Shown piece after piece: positions 58,917 through 64,000 of a stretch of 64,000 nt of DNA. The stretch is from contig JAUCBJ010001846.1 in the NCBI GenBank assembly GCA_032718475.1, positions 434,001 through 498,000 on the forward strand. The letters are read 5' to 3'. Source of the DNA: Nemertoderma westbladi. Taxonomy: Eukaryota > Animalia > Xenacoelomorpha. Made by a program: the position numbers and the translations under genes. The notes beneath the pieces are model-generated. The model ran no database searches. It was not told where the DNA came from and saw only the letters and a list, made by a program, of their open reading frames with translations. Each line of letters opens with the position of its first letter. Positions within the stretch are counted from its first letter, which is position 1.

Positions 58917-59902
58917 TAGATTGGCAATATTTTTCTTTTAGCTTACCGTGGGCGTTTTTATTATTACCCCTGATCATGGGGTATCAATACCTTCAGTCGA
59001 AAAAACCAAGCAAAGTTTCACAGGCAATTTATATGCCTTTTTTGTTTCAAAAAGCGAGGACTCAATCTAAATCAAGTACCTTTGTCGCTTATATTAAACA
59101 TTTATTAGTTGCCTTGGTTTGGTTGTTTTTAGTCATCTCACTTGCTCAGCCCCGTTATGTGTTTGATCAAACCTACATTCCCCAAGAATCACGTTATATT
59201 ATGTTGGCGCTTGATTTATCTAAGAGCATGTCGGCCAGTGATGTGTTGTGGAAAAACAGGCGGCTTAATCGCTTACAAGGGGCAAAAGTTGCCATTGCTG
59301 AGTTTGTTGAAAAACTCTCATCAGACCGTTTGGGGTTGGTTGTATTTGGTGATCAGGCTTATTTAATTACTCCACTGACTTTAGACCACCAAACGTTAGA
59401 ACAACATTTGCTAGATACCCAAATTGGAATGGCCGGTAATCGAACTGCTATTGGGGATGCGCTAGCCCTTTCAGTGAAACATTTAAAAACATTACCTATC
59501 AAAAGCCGCACCATTATTTTATTAACCGATGGCTCAAATACCGCGGGTAATATATCGCCCATTCGTTCAGCTCAAATTGCAGCACAGTTGGGTATTAAGG
59601 TGTATACCATTGGTTTAGGTGGCCAAAGTGGGTTATCCAATTTGTTTGGTTTTTATGGGGGTGGGGCGATTGAGTATGACGAGGATTTGCTTAAGCAAAT
59701 TGCCGAACAAACCGGTGGGCAGTTTTATCAAGCAGGGGGGGTTGAATCACTTTTTAAAATTTATCAGCAAATCAACCAGCTTGAATCCATTGAAATTAAT
59801 GACCAGCATTACCGTTTGATCAATGATTTATATCACTATCCATTGTTGGTCAGTTTTTTATTAACAGGGTTATTTTTATTGTTGCGCATTCGTTATGTTT
59901 GA
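58913..59902 (+). CDS. VWA domain protein (BatA-like)
   Basis: DLSKSM MIDAS, DRLGLVVFG, TAIGDAL, ILLTDG.N.G. Confidence 0.92.
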   Translation: MIDWQYFSFSLPWAFLLLPLIMGYQYLQSKKPSKVSQAIYMPFLFQKARTQSKSSTFVAYIKHLLVALVWLFLVISLAQPRYVFDQTYIPQESRYIMLALDLSKSMSASDVLWKNRRLNRLQGAKVAIAEFVEKLSSDRLGLVVFGDQAYLITPLTLDHQTLEQHLLDTQIGMAGNRTAIGDALALSVKHLKTLPIKSRTIILLTDGSNTAGNISPIRSAQIAAQLGIKVYTIGLGGQSGLSNLFGFYGGGAIEYDEDLLKQIAEQTGGQFYQAGGVESLFKIYQQINQLESIEINDQHYRLINDLYHYPLLVSFLLTGLFLLLRIRYV

Positions 59903-61877
59903 TTTTTTACACCAATTAGATTGGTCAAGCTTTTACCAACATTTTCATTTTTTAAGACCCAGGTGGCTGTATTTGTTGATACCTGCAGGGGTGTTGGTTT
60001 TGGTGTGGTATTTTTTAAGGCGTGTTCAAAATCAGGTAGGTCGAGGACTTTTTTCAAAACCTATTATGGCACATTTATTGTTAGATCGTTTGAAAAATAA
60101 GCGCTGGCAAAAGATGTTGCCGGGACTTGTGCTGTTCGTTTTGATCATGTGGGTGTTGGTGATGGCAGGGCCTAGTTGGCAAAAGCAAGATTTGCCTGCT
60201 TTTCGAGATAAAAGTGCACTGATTGTGGTTTTAGATTTATCTTATTCAATGAACGCAACCGATCAGCTGCCGAGTCGGCTGGCATTGGCGAAGCGCAAAA
60301 TACAAGACATGCTGGCAATTGTGGATAATGAGGTCGGTTTGGTCGCCTATTCAGGGAGTGCTCATTTGGTGGTACCCTTGACATATGATGATGCCAACGT
60401 GCTTCAAATTTTAAAAACGCTCACAACAAAGGCCATGCCGGTGTACGGCAGTGCCGTGAACAACGCCTTGGCTGTTGCCGCCAATGCTTTGGTAAGCGGG
60501 AAAATTGCAGCCAACCAAGGGCAGATTTTACTGTTAACTGATGGCGTAACAACAGATGATGTGAAACGAGTCATGAAATTATCAATTCAATACCCGGTGT
60601 CTGTTTTGATGATTGGGGGGCGCAAGCCCTTTTCGATTCAGTTGGGGGCGGATGCAAAGTTACCGGCCAGTGTTCGTGGGACAAAAAAGGATGTGGCGTT
60701 GGATCAAAAACAGATTGAAGTATTTGCAAATGTTTTAGGGGCGAAGGTTCATCCTTATACGTTTGATAATCAAGATTTGTCATTTTTGTTGGAGAAATTG
60801 GATGCCAAAATTGGTTTAGATGAGAACAAAAAGGCCTCTCAGTGGGAAGATAGTGGTAAATGGTTTGTGTGGGGCTTGGTCTTGATGTTGTTGTTTTTAT
60901 TTCGTCGGGGTTATTTGTTGGGCTTGGTTTTTGTTGTGCCTTTGTACTTACCTCAACCGCTTTATGCGCTTGAGTTGTTAGAAACCGATGATCAAACGGC
61001 CCAACGATATTATCAACAAGGGGCGTATGATCGTGCAGCTAAACGCTTTAGCTCTAAGTCGCATCAGGCGGATGCTTATTATCGACTTGGTGATTACCAA
61101 AGGGCTGAATCTGGTTTTAAGGCAAAAAGGGGGACGGAGGGTTATTATAATTTGGGAAATGCCTATGCCAAGCAAGGCAAGGTAGAGGCCGCGATTGAAG
61201 CCTATAAGGATGCATTAACACTTTCGCCTGATCATACAGATGCTGCCCATAACAAGCAATTGCTTGAAAGGTGGAAAAAGCAACAACAAGATCAACAAAA
61301 CAGTCAATCGAATGCTCAACACAAGCAATCAAATGATCAGCCACAACACCAACCAAAAAATCCACCCGATTCCAAACCAAGCCTGCAAAAGGATTTATCA
61401 GACCAAAAAAAGGATTCACCCAAAGACCCATCATCTAATAAAAACCAACCAAAAAACCAACCCAAACCACTTTCAAATAAGCAAAACGATTCAAAACAAG
61501 GCCAAAAAAATAAGCAACAACAAGATCAACAAAACAGTCAATCGTCTGATCAAAAAAAAAGTCAATCGAATCCGCAGCAAAAAGATCAATCGAATGCTCA
61601 ACACAAGCAATCAAATGATCAGCCACAACACCAACCAAAAAATCCACCCAAACAAAAACAAGCACAACAGCCCAACACTCAACCATCTCAGTTAAACAAG
61701 CAGGCACTTGATCAAGCCAAGGTGGGCAGAAGTTTAGATAATTTTAAGGATGAGAAGTCTAAGCAGATGAATCAGGATTTTCGTCGTATTACAACAGATC
61801 CATCTGGTTATATTAGAAGGCGGCTAGAATACGAGCATCGACAACAAAATAAAGTGATGGAGTCGTTTAAATGGTAA
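59895..61877 (+). CDS. VWA + TPR protein with Gln/Lys-rich linker (BatB/BatC-like fusion)
   Basis: HFLRP.WL, AGPSW, DLSYSM, LLTDG, YNLGNAYAKQG TPR, low-complexity Q/N/K/P tail. Confidence 0.9.
   Translation: MFDFLHQLDWSSFYQHFHFLRPRWLYLLIPAGVLVLVWYFLRRVQNQVGRGLFSKPIMAHLLLDRLKNKRWQKMLPGLVLFVLIMWVLVMAGPSWQKQDLPAFRDKSALIVVLDLSYSMNATDQLPSRLALAKRKIQDMLAIVDNEVGLVAYSGSAHLVVPLTYDDANVLQILKTLTTKAMPVYGSAVNNALAVAANALVSGKIAANQGQILLLTDGVTTDDVKRVMKLSIQYPVSVLMIGGRKPFSIQLGADAKLPASVRGTKKDVALDQKQIEVFANVLGAKVHPYTFDNQDLSFLLEKLDAKIGLDENKKASQWEDSGKWFVWGLVLMLLFLFRRGYLLGLVFVVPLYLPQPLYALELLETDDQTAQRYYQQGAYDRAAKRFSSKSHQADAYYRLGDYQRAESGFKAKRGTEGYYNLGNAYAKQGKVEAAIEAYKDALTLSPDHTDAAHNKQLLERWKKQQQDQQNSQSNAQHKQSNDQPQHQPKNPPDSKPSLQKDLSDQKKDSPKDPSSNKNQPKNQPKPLSNKQNDSKQGQKNKQQQDQQNSQSSDQKKSQSNPQQKDQSNAQHKQSNDQPQHQPKNPPKQKQAQQPNTQPSQLNKQALDQAKVGRSLDNFKDEKSKQMNQDFRRITTDPSGYIRRRLEYEHRQQNKVMESFKW
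61278..61649 (+). repeat. Exact internal duplications in the Gln-rich linker
   Basis: 33-bp block at 61278-61310 = 61512-61544; 64-bp block at 61304-61367 = 61586-61649. Confidence 0.9.
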
Positions 61878-63580
61878 GGTGTTTGTGTGGTGTGATATTA
61901 ATGTTTTTATGCGCACAATGGGTTTTTGCGCTTAATGTTTCGGTTGATCGATCAACTGTTTATATTGGTCAGTCGCTTGTGTTAACGATTGAGTCAAGTC
62001 AGCAAAGCCCTAATATTGATACCACTCCCTTATCGAAGGATTTTAACGTACTGGGTCGGTCTTCTAGTAGCCAGACACGTATTGTTAATGGCAACGTTTC
62101 TTCAAAAAATTTGCTTAGTTTAAGGTTAGCACCTAAGCGCTTGGGTGATTTGGTGATTCCTAAGTTGGGTAATCGGAAAATCGGTCAAACTGAGCCTGTC
62201 AAGATTAAAGTGCTTCCATCTAGCCAATCAACTGTCAATGATCAGGCACTTGTTGGATCAGTGAGTGAGGATTTTTTCTTTTTACTAGATGCCTTGCCTA
62301 AGTCGGTTTATGTAGGGGAGTCATTTTTGTATCGGGTGCATTTTTATGTTGCTGCAGATCGGTCAACGGATGTTACTCAGGAAAATATTGAGCCCAGTGA
62401 AAAGGTAGGTGCAAAGTTGTCCAGCCGAGAAAAGCAAGAAAAAACTGTGCAGGTAAAAGGGCGTTCTTATTACCATTTAACGTATAATTATTTTCTAACT
62501 GGCAAAAAGACTGGCAAGGTTGTTTTGCCCCGTGTGTATGTTGCAGGGCACTACAGCCAGCTGTTTTCATCGGGTTTTATTACCGGGCTTTCAACGCGGG
62601 TGCCGTTTAGTCATTACAGCCCAAAGCATTTGGTTGAAATTAAACCGCTTGAAGAAAGTTCACTTCTGCCAAGTCGGCGCTTGAAATTAACTGAAAAATG
62701 GGAAGCGCCTGATCAGTTAAGGGTGGGAGATTCCATCAAGCGTATTATTAAGGTTGAAGCGTTGGATTTTTTGGGGTTGCAAATTCCTGAAATTAGTTAT
62801 CAATACCCAACTGACCTAAAGGTTTACCCGAAAACGCCTGATTTTAATACCCAGATTGAAGGCAAAAAATTGGTGGGCAGTCGTGTTCAGGCAGATGACC
62901 TTGTTCCGGTGGCAGCCGGCCGTTATGTGCTTGGGGCAATCGGGATACCTTGGTGGAATACCGTGTTGAATCGAAAAGAAATTGCCACGATACCTACCCG
63001 TGTTTTTAATGTGGAAGGGGTTGCGAAGGCTCGCATTCAGGCAAAATCGGATGATCAATTTTTAGGGAGTGAAATTGATTTGCAACCAGCTGGTTCATTA
63101 AATCAGTCCGTTGATCAAACATGGGGTTGGGTTGTTTGGTTGTATGGGTTGTTAGGGGGCTTAGGTTTAGTTGTGTGTTTTTGGGTATTGAGATGCTGGC
63201 AACAGGTGTTTGGGAAAAAGCGACCTAAGTCGGGTATTGAGCGGTTTAAAAATTTAAGTCGCGCCGTTGGGCGTGATTTAAAAAGGTTGGATTATGTGTC
63301 GTTTCGGTCAAATTTGGTGGGCTGGAGTGAGCTTGTGATGGGGGTGTCAAATCGTTATAACTTATACGATGTGGCAGCACTTTTTGATCAAGATTTAGCG
63401 CCATTTTTTCGTCAGTTAGAACAGGTGTTGTATCAGTCAAAGCAAGGTATTGATCCCCAGTTGAGATCACAATTTATGCGTTATTTTAAGCAAGTACTTA
63501 AGCGGCATAAAAAGTACCGTCAAAAATCTGCTTTTGATTGGTTGGGGGGTAAAAAGGATGTGCGTGAAATTTTTAAGTAG
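61871..63580 (+). CDS. BatD family protein
   Basis: Signal peptide, VSVDR..V..GQS..L, DF.VLG.SSSSQ..IVNG, VGDSI.R, WWNT, C-terminal TM. Confidence 0.88.
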   Translation: MVRCLCGVILMFLCAQWVFALNVSVDRSTVYIGQSLVLTIESSQQSPNIDTTPLSKDFNVLGRSSSSQTRIVNGNVSSKNLLSLRLAPKRLGDLVIPKLGNRKIGQTEPVKIKVLPSSQSTVNDQALVGSVSEDFFFLLDALPKSVYVGESFLYRVHFYVAADRSTDVTQENIEPSEKVGAKLSSREKQEKTVQVKGRSYYHLTYNYFLTGKKTGKVVLPRVYVAGHYSQLFSSGFITGLSTRVPFSHYSPKHLVEIKPLEESSLLPSRRLKLTEKWEAPDQLRVGDSIKRIIKVEALDFLGLQIPEISYQYPTDLKVYPKTPDFNTQIEGKKLVGSRVQADDLVPVAAGRYVLGAIGIPWWNTVLNRKEIATIPTRVFNVEGVAKARIQAKSDDQFLGSEIDLQPAGSLNQSVDQTWGWVVWLYGLLGGLGLVVCFWVLRCWQQVFGKKRPKSGIERFKNLSRAVGRDLKRLDYVSFRSNLVGWSELVMGVSNRYNLYDVAALFDQDLAPFFRQLEQVLYQSKQGIDPQLRSQFMRYFKQVLKRHKKYRQKSAFDWLGGKKDVREIFK

Positions 63581-64000
63581 GTTGTTTATAAATGTTTAGT
63601 GGATACTAGGTGGGTTTTTTGAAGTTATTAATTCACTATTGTGTTGGATGTTTGATTTGTAAATTTAAATTGTTGGGAGTGATTTATAAAAAAGCCATGT
63701 CAGTTAACTTACTAAATGACTATGAAGTTTCATCGGCCTACTACAAAGCGGCGGGTGAATGAACAAGTAAATCGTATTGTTTAAACAAACGCTTTCTTAA
63801 CAGATGAAACAGAAACTATCAGAGTAGAAATCGTTAGGAAGACAAATCTTGAGATGTATTTTATTAGCGCTTACATTTTTTATGATGGAATGGAAAGAGA
63901 CAAAAAGTAATCAAATATTTGATGGTATTGTTCATGGAGTAGATGGTAGTGGAGGTCGATGTATCTGATTTTTTAAGGTTTTGATGTGCACCATCGCAAT

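Noticed and set aside
61240-61707. Long alternative-frame and antisense ORFs over the Gln-rich linker
   Set aside because: Low-complexity repeats depleted of stop codons; shadows of the BatB/C gene.
63581-64000. Short broken frames after batD (e.g. MSVNLLNDYEVSSAYYKAAGE*)
   Set aside because: Multiple stops, no recognisable motif, and cut by the window edge; cannot be supported.

Overview
AT-rich, gene-dense bacterial chromosome segment, most consistent with a Gammaproteobacterium (fis-purH-purD, argC-erpA, aroK/aroB, prfB-lysS, yggX). Bases 1-3242 are the right end of a Mu-like transposable prophage: portal, gp30/F head protein, Dam-type methylase, a tiny acidic CxxC ORF, tandem end repeats and a terminal CA. 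A candidate ~160-nt minus-strand structured RNA lies just upstream of the methylase. The rest is mostly housekeeping: cobH-cbiX-purD-purH-fis, ppsR, yadGH-type ABC, ppa, groESL, argC, erpA, aroK, aroB, an RND pair, tRNA-Ile2, cysS, hisI, yidD, xth, pdxJ, amtB-PII, prfB, lysS, aceF, lpdA, argG, pgpA, an orphan pilin, a cyclophilin, leuCD-yggX and a MoxR/Bat operon. A ~12-kb surface-glycan tailoring cluster (40.2-52.4 kb) resembles the Bordetella wbm gene set. Most notable signals: (i) the prophage antisense RNA/peptide unit carrying a sequestered perfect SD; (ii) poly-G tracts that break or re-frame three glycan-modifying genes (possible phase variation); (iii) a tRNA gene that contains the upstream gene's stop codon, lacks CCA and abuts cysS; (iv) a PII protein lacking the Tyr51 uridylylation site; (v) a 26-bp perfect palindrome in a 670-bp hairpin-rich intergenic gap. 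All family calls are from motif recognition by eye; no database searches were run.
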